Source of the DNA: Candidatus Thorarchaeota archaeon | GTDB lineage: Archaea; Asgardarchaeota; Thorarchaeia; Thorarchaeales; Thorarchaeaceae | Reading direction: 5' to 3' | Assembly: GCA_046482545.1 (NCBI GenBank) | Contig: JAWOEX010000010.1 | Location: 64,001 to 128,000, forward strand | DNA length: 64,000 nucleotides | Part shown: positions 10,573 through 20,617 of the stretch, in pieces | How the letters are laid out: the number at the start of each line of letters is the position of its first letter | How positions within the stretch are numbered: the first letter of the stretch is position 1 | The notes under the pieces: model-generated | Databases searched by the model: none | What the model saw: the letters and a program-made list of their open reading frames with translations, nothing else | Told to the model about the DNA's origin: nothing | Program-made: the position numbers and the translations under genes

Positions 10573-11438
10573 TACGCGGGGTTTATGTACTGGGAAAGCA
10601 CAACAGCATCCTTCATTCTAAGGAATACGCAGAACCTGTATCAAGAGAGGCTCTTATCGATTTCTTGCTTAATTTGAGCGAGTTTCTTTCTACGCAAAAC
10701 TTGGGAGACCAAATCGAATTTATGAATCTCGCAACTTCTCGGCTCTACTATTCAGTAAATGGAGAATATACGTTTCTTCTCGTAGCAGACAAAGCAGATG
10801 ATATGGAGCAAATAACCAACAAGATTGAGCAGCTGGAAACTGTATTCATGGAAGAATTCAAGCCGTTGATTGAGGCTGGCAGAGCAATTGAAGGCCTTGA
10901 CAACTTCATAGACAGCTTGGCAGTGACCATGGTAAAGGTAGCAATTCTCGGTTTTGCTGGTGTCGGAAAAACAACTACCCTACATCTGCTCCGGGGTGAG
11001 ACACTACCCCTTAAACATGATCCCACAATTGGCGTCACTATCAAGAAGCTGCCTTCAGAAGTTCAAAATGCTAACATAGTTTTGTGGGATTTGGCGGGAC
11101 AATCACGGTTTAGTATACTTTGGGGAAAGATGATTGCAAATGCTCAAGTCGTTGTTATTGTAACCGATAGCACACTTGAGAATGTCCTAAAGAGTAAGAA
11201 ACTAGTCAGCCTTGTGAAAGAGAAGGTGCCTAATGCAAAAATAATTGGTATTGCCAATAAGCAGGACCTCCCAACTGCCCTTACCCCGGACAGAGTTGGC
11301 AAGATACTAGGCGTTCCTACCTATGAGTTGGTAGCAATCGATGTTACCTATCGGGACAGGCTTATCCAAATCATCCGAAAGGGCATTTTGGAAGGAAAAG
11401 CAGAAAGATCCAGTGATGGAGAAGAGACAGACAATTAG
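10563..11438 (+). CDS. longin-domain / Arf-like small GTPase fusion
   Basis: N-terminal longin-like domain; G1 GFAGVGKT, G2 PTIG, G3 WDLAGQ, G4 ANKQDL. Confidence 0.85.
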   Translation: MYLIRGVYVLGKHNSILHSKEYAEPVSREALIDFLLNLSEFLSTQNLGDQIEFMNLATSRLYYSVNGEYTFLLVADKADDMEQITNKIEQLETVFMEEFKPLIEAGRAIEGLDNFIDSLAVTMVKVAILGFAGVGKTTTLHLLRGETLPLKHDPTIGVTIKKLPSEVQNANIVLWDLAGQSRFSILWGKMIANAQVVVIVTDSTLENVLKSKKLVSLVKEKVPNAKIIGIANKQDLPTALTPDRVGKILGVPTYELVAIDVTYRDRLIQIIRKGILEGKAERSSDGEETDN

Positions 11439-11504
11439 ATATAAGACAACAAAGATTAAGAATACTAGAATAAGAACAAACACTAGAGTTACTATTAACT
11501 GAAG

Positions 11505-12200
11505 GTGGATTATCTGATGGCGTTTGATATCGAAGAGATTATGGAGAAGCTCAAGGCAATCGAGGGTTTTGCCAAGAATGTATCTGAAACCAAAAAGCTA
11601 GCAGACGAGTTAGCCAAGAACTTTGCTAGTATGAAAGAAGCACTAAACAAGACCATGAACGAAAGCTTCACTGAGATTGCCAACCAAATAGATACACTTC
11701 GTAAGAACATGGAGCGTATGGAGGAAATGGGAACGGTGGAAGCAACCACCTCGACAGAGGAGGAAAAAACCTCACCAACTCCGAAGGTACCTGAACCAGA
11801 ACTGGAGCCAGAGCCAACCCCTCAAGAATCGACTATAGAACCACCTGAAGTGGAAGAAGTGGAAGAACCTGAACCCGAAGTACCCCCCGAAGAACCACCT
11901 ATTCCTGAACCCACCGAGGCGGAACAACTGGAAGCAGAAGAACCTACAGTGGAAGAGCCTACGGCGGAGGAGCCTACCGTAGAAGAACCGGCGGAGGAGC
12001 CTACCGTAGAAGAACCGGCGGAGGAAAGTGGAGAACTCGATTTGCTCATCCAACAGCAAGATCAGGTCAAAGCAAAGTTAACCGACCTGCGTTTTGACTA
12101 TATGAGAGGGTATATTCCCGAAGATGAATATAAACAGAAAGAGAGCGAGCTAGATGACAAGCTCGAAGAGTTGGATAGGAAGATTGCTGACTTGAAATAG
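11505..12200 (+). CDS. coiled-coil protein with Glu/Pro-rich linker and SHOCT-like C-terminus
   Basis: Heptad N-terminus, EEPTVEE repeats, RGYIPEDEYKQK motif. Confidence 0.7.
   Translation: MDYLMAFDIEEIMEKLKAIEGFAKNVSETKKLADELAKNFASMKEALNKTMNESFTEIANQIDTLRKNMERMEEMGTVEATTSTEEEKTSPTPKVPEPELEPEPTPQESTIEPPEVEEVEEPEPEVPPEEPPIPEPTEAEQLEAEEPTVEEPTAEEPTVEEPAEEPTVEEPAEESGELDLLIQQQDQVKAKLTDLRFDYMRGYIPEDEYKQKESELDDKLEELDRKIADLK
11964..12025 (+). repeat. 27-bp in-frame tandem repeat (about 2.3 copies, AEEPTVEEP)
   Basis: gcggaggagcctaccgtagaagaaccg at 11964 and 11991, partial third copy at 12018. Confidence 0.9.
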
Positions 12201-12293
12201 TCTGGAAAGAAAGGCTGATAGAGAGCAGTATTCTCTTACTGCTCTCCGCCTAGAGGGGTTCGTACATCACTGCTAAGATAGAATCAAGTGTTA

Positions 12294-13253
12294 TTATTTC
12301 AGAAGCTTCTTTGCTGCTTTGATTATCCGTTCAGCACCATCGTCGGTTATTCCTTCGACTTTCTTTGCTACTTCTTCTGGTTTAGCATCTGCCAGCTCCT
12401 TTACAGAGTCATAATGTGCCAGAATCAAACGCTTTTCCAGTGTCGGACCAATACCCTTGATATCCGCTATCTCCGGGATTTCCTCACCTTCACCTTCGAT
12501 TTCTCGGATCATCTTCTTTGCTGCATAAATCATATCAGCCGCACCCTTGGAACCAATCCCATCAACCTCATCCGCGATTTGGTCGGGTTCAGCTTCGGAT
12601 ATGGCTTTAACCGAATCAAACCCTGCATTCGTCAAGCCCTCTGCAGTCTTGGGCCCAACACCAGAGATGTCGGTTATCTTAATCTCAGGTTTCTCGGGAG
12701 CAGGAGCCTTCTTTTTCTTCTTTGGTTTGGGCTTCTTCTCTGGCTTCTTCTTTGGCTCTTCTTCCACTTCTTGAACAGCTTCTGGTTCAGGTTTGGCCTT
12801 CTTTTTCTTCGCTTTCTTTTCCCGTGCTTCCCGTTTCTGTCGGGCGGCTCTACCGGGTTTCATGGGAGCACCCTCTGATGCAGCATCAATTGCTGATTCC
12901 ATTTTCTCTGTCATCAGTGGGACATTAGTGATAGTGCTTGCTACGACCTCAATTTGTTCGGGTTTTCCCTCGTTATGCTTCTCCATCTGTTCAGGAGTGG
13001 TATATACACTAACACCACTATCACGAATCAGGGGTACGATATCGTCCGCATCTGCATACTCTCTGAGCATTTTCTTTGCAACGCTTATTCGTATGTTGAA
13101 TTTCGACGCCAAATCATATGGCGTCACCGATTTGGCATTGAGCACATAACTCTTGATATCAGAAACGGTGTCATCTTTTGGGATAGCATCTCTGACTACC
13201 CGCTCTTTCTTCTTTTTTGATCGGCCCCATTTTTTCTTGCTAATTGTAAACAC
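12294..13253 (-). CDS. rps25e: ribosomal protein eS25 fused to a Lys-rich linker and helix-hairpin-helix repeats
   Basis: SKKKWG...VTPYDLASKFNIRISVAKKMLRE...VYT is eS25; C-terminal ISGVGPKTA, VDGIGSKGA, IKGIGPTLE and VEGIT HhH motifs. Confidence 0.8.
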   Translation of the reverse strand: MFTISKKKWGRSKKKKERVVRDAIPKDDTVSDIKSYVLNAKSVTPYDLASKFNIRISVAKKMLREYADADDIVPLIRDSGVSVYTTPEQMEKHNEGKPEQIEVVASTITNVPLMTEKMESAIDAASEGAPMKPGRAARQKREAREKKAKKKKAKPEPEAVQEVEEEPKKKPEKKPKPKKKKKAPAPEKPEIKITDISGVGPKTAEGLTNAGFDSVKAISEAEPDQIADEVDGIGSKGAADMIYAAKKMIREIEGEGEEIPEIADIKGIGPTLEKRLILAHYDSVKELADAKPEEVAKKVEGITDDGAERIIKAAKKLLK

Positions 13254-13393
13254 TCTCCTAGATTATTTGCTGAGGCCCCAGTATCATACTAGGCCCTCTC
13301 CTTGAGGTCATCGCGAACCGTCATTTTCCAACTTAAAAACGTGCGCATCTGGAACAGCGTGAATGGTCGTAAGGAACGCTGGTCCTAGCAGTT

Positions 13394-14674
13394 TTAACCC
13401 TTTTTTTCTGAAATATTCAGCTCTTGCTTCACTGAGACATTCTTCCGAGGGGGGATATCTCTATCAATAATGCACCCAGGCGAAATCACACTCTCCTCAC
13501 CAATCTTCACTGCAGGATACAGAGATGCATTAACACCAATCACGACGTTATCTCCGATAATGCCGCCAATTTTACTCAAAGGCACTTCGATTCTCTCCTC
13601 ACCGGCATAGAAGTAAAAAGGGTCTGATCCCGGTCGCCAGTTCCATAGCTGCGCTCCTGCTTCTATACAGCTATTGGTGCCCACCATCGAGTCCGCGACA
13701 TAGGTCATCCTGCCAACATTGACTTTTTCGAAAACCATGGAGTTTCGGATTTCAACAGAATAGCCAATATGAACATCATCGCATAGACATGAATAGTCTC
13801 GTATTAAGGAATTATTGCCAATGTGGACTCTCTTACCGATGTATAATGGACCTCGAAGCGTTGTACCAGGTCGAATGATAGATTCTTCATCGATGTAAAC
13901 AGGCCCCTCTATAACCACATTCTTGTCAATCTTGACAGATTCAGCTATGAAACTGCCTCGGCCTTTCAACATCCTGTCCATTACAATCCTATTGGCCTTA
14001 AGAATATCCCATGGCCAAGTGAATTCAGCCCACTCCTTCTCCCAGACAGTACTAACGACTCGTCTGTCGTTTTCGATCATCTCGCCAATAGTCTTCTCCA
14101 TCGTTTCATGCTTTCTCAGCAAGTCGAAGACTTCGGTCGTGAACACAGAAACGCCTGCAACTGCATAGTTGCTCACATATCGCTCAGGACCACCCTTCTC
14201 GACAAGCTTTTCCACACGGCCATTCTTGCCCATTTTGACAGTACCAAACTGTTCAGGGTTAGAGACGAGCGTAACCAGCATGGTTACATCCGCATTCATG
14301 TTGTCATGGTTGTCAAGTGTTCGTGATACCATTTCGTCCTCTACGAGCACATCACCATTGACAAGCAGGAACTCATCTTCATCTTCCAATTCCGCAGCAG
14401 CTGTCAGCATAGCATGTTCAACACCCTTCTGTTCATGCTGCAGAACATACCCAATCTGGACCTCCTGGTCCCCACCATGCTGAAAGTGATCCACAATCTG
14501 ATCTCTGCCGTGGCCAAGCACAATAATGATATCCTTGATTCCATTCTCCTTGAGGCTGTCAATGATATACTGGAGCACGGGACGACCAGCAATCATCAGC
14601 ATTGATTTGGACCGATTGGCCGTCAACGGCCTGAGCCTTCTTCCTTTCCCTGCTGTCAAGACAAGAGCCTTCAT
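13394..14674 (-). CDS. sugar-phosphate nucleotidyltransferase with hexapeptide LbH domain (archaeal GlmU-like)
   Basis: MKALVLTAGKGRRLRPLT, LVNGD, left-handed beta-helix repeats. Confidence 0.88.
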   Translation of the reverse strand: MKALVLTAGKGRRLRPLTANRSKSMLMIAGRPVLQYIIDSLKENGIKDIIIVLGHGRDQIVDHFQHGGDQEVQIGYVLQHEQKGVEHAMLTAAAELEDEDEFLLVNGDVLVEDEMVSRTLDNHDNMNADVTMLVTLVSNPEQFGTVKMGKNGRVEKLVEKGGPERYVSNYAVAGVSVFTTEVFDLLRKHETMEKTIGEMIENDRRVVSTVWEKEWAEFTWPWDILKANRIVMDRMLKGRGSFIAESVKIDKNVVIEGPVYIDEESIIRPGTTLRGPLYIGKRVHIGNNSLIRDYSCLCDDVHIGYSVEIRNSMVFEKVNVGRMTYVADSMVGTNSCIEAGAQLWNWRPGSDPFYFYAGEERIEVPLSKIGGIIGDNVVIGVNASLYPAVKIGEESVISPGCIIDRDIPPRKNVSVKQELNISEKKG

Positions 14675-14782
14675 CGCTGACACGCGTTCCCAGCTGTCCT
14701 CATAACTAATATAACCTTTCGCAACACCCAAGAAAAAGGGAACAAAGTATGAAACCACCACTAAAACGGGGTTACCAAGTAC

Positions 14783-15511
14783 TTAATGCTCCCTGAGACT
14801 GAAATAGATTCGCTGTTTTTCAGATCCCATATTCTTGTTCTCCGTAATTTCGATTCCACCAATCTCTCTTGTATTCCTAACATGTGTACCGGCACACGAA
14901 GCAGCATCATAATCTCCAATGACTATAATGCGGAAGATTTTCACGAAATCGGGTACCATTTGGATGTACCTTGTTTGGTATCCGCGTGACTCAAGGAATT
15001 CAACAGCCTCCTCACGTGGCATAAATCGCATCTCTACATCAATGCCTTTTTGAATAATTGAGTTGACCCCGTCTTCTACTTCACGTTTCATGTCGTTGCC
15101 GAAATCATCAATGGGTTGATAATCAGCACGACCATGGTCCGGCTTAATCATACTTCCTGCAGTCTCAAGGCCATAGTTCTTTTGGAGGTATCGAGATAAT
15201 ATATGCTGAGCCGTGTGGAACCTCATGCAACGAAATCGGCGGTCCCAGTCAATAATCCCGTGAACATCATCGCCAACTTCGATGCCTTCCACAGAATCGA
15301 CCTTGTGGTATACAGTCTGGCCTTTCTTTTTCGCCTGCTTCACCCGAAACTCCTTGTCACCAATCAGCAGTACTCCGCTATCACCTACTTGACCACCGCC
15401 CTCAGGATAAAAGGCAGTACGATCTAGCACTACCGAATCCTTGGTAATTTTCTCTACTTCGGCATCAAATTCTCGGGCATAATTATCTTTCATATGTAGC
15501 ATTTCAGTCAT
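14783..15511 (-). CDS. alaX: alanyl-tRNA editing protein AlaX-M
   Basis: TAFYPEGGGQVGD, HTAQH, CAGTH zinc motifs. Confidence 0.92.
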   Translation of the reverse strand: MTEMLHMKDNYAREFDAEVEKITKDSVVLDRTAFYPEGGGQVGDSGVLLIGDKEFRVKQAKKKGQTVYHKVDSVEGIEVGDDVHGIIDWDRRFRCMRFHTAQHILSRYLQKNYGLETAGSMIKPDHGRADYQPIDDFGNDMKREVEDGVNSIIQKGIDVEMRFMPREEAVEFLESRGYQTRYIQMVPDFVKIFRIIVIGDYDAASCAGTHVRNTREIGGIEITENKNMGSEKQRIYFSLREH

Positions 15512-15523
15512 TGTTGATAACCT

Positions 15524-16030
15524 CTACTGACGGCGGTGGCGCTGCCATTCATTCAAGGCTAGCTGCTTAGCTTCCTCTACTTCCCGAACGTTGAAATCTA
15601 CTCCCACCATCTCTGTTGCAGCCTCCACTACATCGAACACTTCTTGCCGCTTAAGAGTTGGCAAGTCGTCAAGAATCGCCCTCATAGTATCAATATCAAC
15701 GCCGTGCTGAATCATATAGTCTGAAAAATCGCCTGTCGATACAGGAATGTAACCAGCTTCGCTTGATGGTTCCAAACCGATTTTGTTCATTTTGCTCTCA
15801 AAGATGTCAGTGATTATCTCCCGTCGAGATCTTGTAACTGGTGCTTTTGGCTCCTTTCCCTTCTTGATATCGGAATGCATATCCTTTATCTTTCGAATCT
15901 CAGGGGGTTCTGTGGGCTCAAGAAATCTACGGCGAGCGAAATATAGGACAGCAACGAGAAGAATCAAAATGACAAGAACAATCAATATTGGTTGTCCTAA
16001 TAAACTTCCAAGCGAATCGGGGAATTGCAT
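15524..16030 (-). CDS. single-pass membrane hypothetical protein
   Basis: N-terminal TM helix followed by RRR; start placed at MQFPD. Confidence 0.65.
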   Translation of the reverse strand: MQFPDSLGSLLGQPILIVLVILILLVAVLYFARRRFLEPTEPPEIRKIKDMHSDIKKGKEPKAPVTRSRREIITDIFESKMNKIGLEPSSEAGYIPVSTGDFSDYMIQHGVDIDTMRAILDDLPTLKRQEVFDVVEAATEMVGVDFNVREVEEAKQLALNEWQRHRRQ

Positions 16031-16153
16031 TCCTGTGGGACCTCGCAGAGAGCTAGTTCTACTTGCAACAGCACTAAAGGTCAACTTTAAGGTTTCTACC
16101 AGCAGTCATCAAAACTACATTCGGGAGTTCCATGTCATCTAGAGTATTCTCAT

Positions 16154-16726
16154 TCAGGCCCATCTAGCCTTGTCTTCATCTTCCTCTTGCTTTTCCCTTA
16201 CTTCCTGTTCCAGCTGTGAACGGCTTTGCTCAGGATCGAGATTGTCCCATTGTGGGGGCTTCTTTTCAACTTCTTCTTTCTCATACTCTTGAGAGGGTAC
16301 TGGTTTCTCCTCTCCCTCGTCGGGTCCATGGGCGTCATAGGAATCGTCGTCGGTTTCTTCTTCCTCCTCGTAAGGATATTCTTCATATTCCTCTTCCTCG
16401 TAGGAACGCTCCTCAAATTCTTCTTCTTTTTCTGCTTCTGGTTCCTCCGCCTCATAGAACTCGCGTTCCTTCTCGCATTCTTCTTCGGTATCTATCTCTT
16501 CATAGGAATACTCTTCAGATTCCTTCTCTTCTTCACTATCTTCGTCCTCTCCCTCGAACTCAATTTCCTCTGCAATCGGGATTTTTCCGGATTCGATTTT
16601 TTCAAGAAGTAGATTGAACATCCGTTCGATTACGGTAGCTTTCCCCTTCGCTTCGAATTCCAGCGAGCCCAGCTCGAATTCGAACTCTATTTGTTCATCC
16701 TTTTTCTTCGCCTCTTTACGCACCAT
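16154..16726 (-). CDS. highly acidic, largely disordered protein
   Basis: Short folded-looking N-terminus followed by a Glu-rich tail. Confidence 0.65.
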   Translation of the reverse strand: MVRKEAKKKDEQIEFEFELGSLEFEAKGKATVIERMFNLLLEKIESGKIPIAEEIEFEGEDEDSEEEKESEEYSYEEIDTEEECEKEREFYEAEEPEAEKEEEFEERSYEEEEYEEYPYEEEEETDDDSYDAHGPDEGEEKPVPSQEYEKEEVEKKPPQWDNLDPEQSRSQLEQEVREKQEEDEDKARWA

Positions 16727-16850
16727 TTGTTTTCACGTTTCTCCTTTGACTCTTTTGTATTAATAAAGGATATTCACAGATGTTCGGTAACCTTTGCCAA
16801 AGCTTTTAGAGAAATACGACCACACAATCCTCGGCCGAGGTGGCCTATAG

Positions 16851-17345
16851 TTGCCTCAACAACTTACTGTGGACTATCAGAAATGTACGGGATGCCGGCT
16901 TTGCGAATTAGCTTGCTCAGCTCACCATGAAGGGAAATTTCAACCAAGCTTGGCGCGACTGAAGATTGTGCGGTACGATGATTTGGGAATTGATATTCCG
17001 AATGTTTGCGGTCCCTGCGAAGAGGCACCTTGCGTTGATGTTTGCCCGACATACGCAATGCGGCGAGACCCAGTTACCAAGATGACCTATGTGGAACATG
17101 AAAAATGCATTCTCTGCAAATCGTGTATTGGAGCATGTGTCAACGGCGTTATTCGCCTAGATACTGAAAGGATGCGGATTATCAAATGTGATCATTGTGG
17201 AGGGGATCCTAGGTGTGTTAAGATTTGCCCGACAGGAGCAATTCAATATGGGCCGCCTGCAAGAACCACAGTTGTTGACCGGCATGATAAGGCAGAAGCA
17301 TATCTCTCAGAGATGGCTCGTACTGCAAGTGAAGGTGAGGCATAG
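16851..17345 (+). CDS. 4Fe-4S polyferredoxin subunit (AOR-associated)
   Basis: Four CxxCxxCxxxC-type clusters; adjacent to AOR. Confidence 0.9.
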   Translation: MPQQLTVDYQKCTGCRLCELACSAHHEGKFQPSLARLKIVRYDDLGIDIPNVCGPCEEAPCVDVCPTYAMRRDPVTKMTYVEHEKCILCKSCIGACVNGVIRLDTERMRIIKCDHCGGDPRCVKICPTGAIQYGPPARTTVVDRHDKAEAYLSEMARTASEGEA

Positions 17346-19241
17346 ATGACCGTTGGAGGATACAAGGAATCAATTCTACGAGTCGACCTTACTAACGAGC
17401 AATTCAAGCACGAACAGATTCCTAAGGAATGGATTGTGGACTACATCGGTGGTGATGGATTTGCAGCCAAGATTCTTTTTGAAGAAGTGCCACCAGAATG
17501 TCGGCCCTTGGATGAGGGTAACAAACTGATTCTTGCAACTGGCCCGGTCACAGGAACCCTTTGGCCAACGAGTGGGAGGTCTGCTTTCTTTTCAAAAGCA
17601 GCACTAACGGGAATCTGGGGAGAAAGTCATGTGGGGGGATTCTTAGGACCTGAGCTGAAGTATGCAGGTTATGACCTTCTTGTGGTGGAAGGGCGTTCTG
17701 AGAAACCCGTTTACATTAGTATCGTTGATTCAGATTTGCGTCTGAAAGATGCTACTGATTTGTGGGGAAAAACAACAGATACGACTACGTCAGAGATTCG
17801 TCGCTTGCAACAGGATCCCGATACGCAGGTTGCAGCAATTGGTCCGGCAGGTGAACACGGTGTTCGTTTTTCGTCCATTATCGTCAATCACGCTCGAGCA
17901 GCTGGTCGAACTGGAATGGGCGCAGTTCTTGGCTCTAAAAATGTCAAAGGCATCGCTATTCGAGGGCGAGGGCCAGTCGAAGTGCATGACCACGAAGCCT
18001 TCGTAGAATTAGCGAAAGACGCACATAGGAGGACTCGGGAAAATCCTCAGGCTCAGGAGATGAGCAAGTGGGGTACATGGTCACTAACGGCAACAAAACA
18101 AGAAATAGGTGAACTCCCAACATATAATCATAGAACAGGTGTCTTCTCAGGTTGGGAGAGGCTGAGTGCCAGTTATATCCGTCCGCGATACACGGTGTCG
18201 GATCGAGCTTGTTTTGGCTGCAGTATTGGGTGCAAAAAGGTCAACTACATCAAAGAAGGTGAGTATGCAGGTACGCTTGAAGAGGGACCAGAGTATGAGG
18301 GTCTGATGGCGTTTGGCAGTTCATTGGGAATTGATGATTACCCAGTTTGTCTGAAGGCAAACGAAATCTGCAATAAGTATGGAATGGATATTATTTCAGC
18401 AGGAACAACAATAGCATTTGCCATGGAGTTATTTGAACAAGGAATTCTCACTGTGGAAGATACTGGCGGATTGGAGCTTGAGTGGGGAAACAACGAGGCA
18501 GCTCTAGATCTCCTTAGAATGATTGGTGAACGGGAAGGGCTTGGTGAAGTACTATCAAAAGGAAGCAGGAAGGCTGCAAAGGCTATTGGCCCTGAAGCAG
18601 AAAAGTATGCAATGCACGTAAAGGGACTGGAAGTATCGGGTCAGGATGGGCGCACTCATAGAAGCATTGGTCTGGCGCATGCGACCGCCGCGAGGGGTGC
18701 AGACCATCTGAGAAGTCTGGTGACTGTAGATCAACTTGGATATGAAGATGTAGCTGCCAAGCGCTGGGGTAAAGACAAACTGCCTGAGATTATTGACCCA
18801 TACACTGAGAAATACAAGGCAGCGGCTGTAGTTGAAACTGAAAACGCCTATTGCATTCGTGATACGTTAATTGTTTGCTGGTATTCTGTTTCATGGCCGC
18901 CTATATTTTGGATGGAGGACTTTGCTGAATTGCTACCCTTGGCTACAGGAATTGAAGAATTCGGTAGTGTTGACAAGCTGAATCTGATTGCAGAACGACA
19001 AGTAACGCTCAAACGGCTTTTCAATGCACGAGAAGGCATCACCCGACAAGATGATATGTTGCCAAGTAGGTTTACTGATGATCCTATGCCCGAAGGACCT
19101 GGAAAGGGACAGACCGTGGACTTGAACCCGATGCTCGATGCCTATTATCGCAGGCGTGGCTGGAATAAAGAGACCGGTTTGCCCACTAATAGAACAATCA
19201 AGCATCTCTCGCTGGGATGGACAAGAGATTTAATGAATTAA
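17346..19241 (+). CDS. aor: tungsten aldehyde:ferredoxin oxidoreductase
   Basis: GGFLGPELKYAGYD, GRTGMGAVLGSKN, CFGCSIGC, EYE, RGADHL. Confidence 0.93.
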   Translation: MTVGGYKESILRVDLTNEQFKHEQIPKEWIVDYIGGDGFAAKILFEEVPPECRPLDEGNKLILATGPVTGTLWPTSGRSAFFSKAALTGIWGESHVGGFLGPELKYAGYDLLVVEGRSEKPVYISIVDSDLRLKDATDLWGKTTDTTTSEIRRLQQDPDTQVAAIGPAGEHGVRFSSIIVNHARAAGRTGMGAVLGSKNVKGIAIRGRGPVEVHDHEAFVELAKDAHRRTRENPQAQEMSKWGTWSLTATKQEIGELPTYNHRTGVFSGWERLSASYIRPRYTVSDRACFGCSIGCKKVNYIKEGEYAGTLEEGPEYEGLMAFGSSLGIDDYPVCLKANEICNKYGMDIISAGTTIAFAMELFEQGILTVEDTGGLELEWGNNEAALDLLRMIGEREGLGEVLSKGSRKAAKAIGPEAEKYAMHVKGLEVSGQDGRTHRSIGLAHATAARGADHLRSLVTVDQLGYEDVAAKRWGKDKLPEIIDPYTEKYKAAAVVETENAYCIRDTLIVCWYSVSWPPIFWMEDFAELLPLATGIEEFGSVDKLNLIAERQVTLKRLFNAREGITRQDDMLPSRFTDDPMPEGPGKGQTVDLNPMLDAYYRRRGWNKETGLPTNRTIKHLSLGWTRDLMN

Positions 19242-19267
19242 ATCTCAGCAACCACTCGCTCAGCCTT

Positions 19268-20236
19268 CTACATTCTAACATAGTCTACACGATGAGTGGC
19301 ACCGCAGTTCGGGCATTGGTATTGGTCCGGTCCGACCCAGTCTATCTCCTGCCAGGATAATGGAGCTCCACAGTGACTGCATTTATCACTGATTACTGGC
19401 TTCACGAAAACCGTACCACTTGATTGACTCCCAGAAGTAACCTGCATTTCTTCTTCTGTCTCAGTTGCTCTAGCCATGGGTGAAGTCTGCTCGTAGTCTT
19501 GAATATCATATTGCGAGAGTGGATGACGTGCCTTAATGTAGTCGTAAGGACGAACCAACCAGTCAAGATGGTCGTCAGGCACTGTGTCCCATGCCCGTGC
19601 TTGCCAGACTCTCAAAAGGTGGTCCTGTCGCGGGACTTTACCCCGAATCTTGAAGTCGCCTGTCTTGCACTCAATTTTCAATTCGCCTCTTTTGGATTCA
19701 AAGGTGTGAACCCAGTGCATCGGAAAGATGAATAACTTATTCTTACGAGAATCTCGCTGATATAGGCGGTAATTAGTTAAGATAAACGAATCTGGATAGT
19801 ACGTGAAGATTTCTTCTCCCTTAATCCATGCATAAACTCGATAGAAGTGCTGAGAAAACTTCCTGTGGTAGCCTATAGTCGTCCAATGATTGTATGGATG
19901 TCGTTCATGCACAAAAGGTACTGATGACACCTCGCATAGTTTCCGTTGGTCACCCACATTCAAATCATCGAATTCCCTCATGCTCAGCGCAGAGCGTATC
20001 TCCTCTCTTCTGGGCATATTTCCCAATACATTGACAATACCATTAATGACCTTGAACATAGCCTTGCGTGATGTCAGCTTGTACTCCTTGATTATGTGAA
20101 GCGGAAGGCTGACACTGGTTCGAGAACCATGGTCATATTGGATTAGGCGATAATTGGTTAGGATGTATTCATCGGCTTGTGCGAGTTTTCGCTCGCTTTC
20201 AATTGGGATATATACAAGGGAAGAGCTCGGAGTCAA
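19268..20236 (-). CDS. tandem PH/GRAM-like domain protein with C-terminal zinc ribbon
   Basis: Duplicated ILTNYRL...P...G.(M/V)PR unit; CSHCG...CPNCG. Confidence 0.6.
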   Translation of the reverse strand: MTPSSSLVYIPIESERKLAQADEYILTNYRLIQYDHGSRTSVSLPLHIIKEYKLTSRKAMFKVINGIVNVLGNMPRREEIRSALSMREFDDLNVGDQRKLCEVSSVPFVHERHPYNHWTTIGYHRKFSQHFYRVYAWIKGEEIFTYYPDSFILTNYRLYQRDSRKNKLFIFPMHWVHTFESKRGELKIECKTGDFKIRGKVPRQDHLLRVWQARAWDTVPDDHLDWLVRPYDYIKARHPLSQYDIQDYEQTSPMARATETEEEMQVTSGSQSSGTVFVKPVISDKCSHCGAPLSWQEIDWVGPDQYQCPNCGATHRVDYVRM

Positions 20237-20319
20237 TTCGGTACACCATCCGGTGATTAGTGTAGTACATACTTTTCTTTTTCATTAAAAGGTTGACCAT
20301 GTCTATTGGTCTGCAATGA

Positions 20320-20568
20320 CTACTTCCGGGAAATCGAGAGATACAAGATATCAGAATAGCCAAGAATGCCAAAGCCGGAGGGATTTTCCAGCTTCACATG
20401 GTCATCGTTGATTTCGTTTACCTGCACATTAGGAATCTTAGCAAGCGTGTCCTTCTGTTGGTATCGCAAATAGACCGTGAAGGTCGTTTCGGTATTCTTC
20501 AAATCTTCAAATATACGCTTCCAGTTTATTTCAGCCAAGCTTTTTTCCTCCGCTGTCCTGTAAGTCAC
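20320..20568 (-). CDS. small conserved-looking hypothetical protein (beta-rich)
   Basis: Clean ORF with an upstream TTAAA promoter-like box; no motif recognised. Confidence 0.6.
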   Translation of the reverse strand: MTYRTAEEKSLAEINWKRIFEDLKNTETTFTVYLRYQQKDTLAKIPNVQVNEINDDHVKLENPSGFGILGYSDILYLSISRK

Positions 20569-20617
20569 TTATCCTAATGGGGAATTTAACCCTTGCTGAA
20601 TGATGAATTAGCGATTC

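Noticed and set aside
11930-12025. CRISPR-like repeat
   Set aside because: In-frame coding tandem repeat with no spacers
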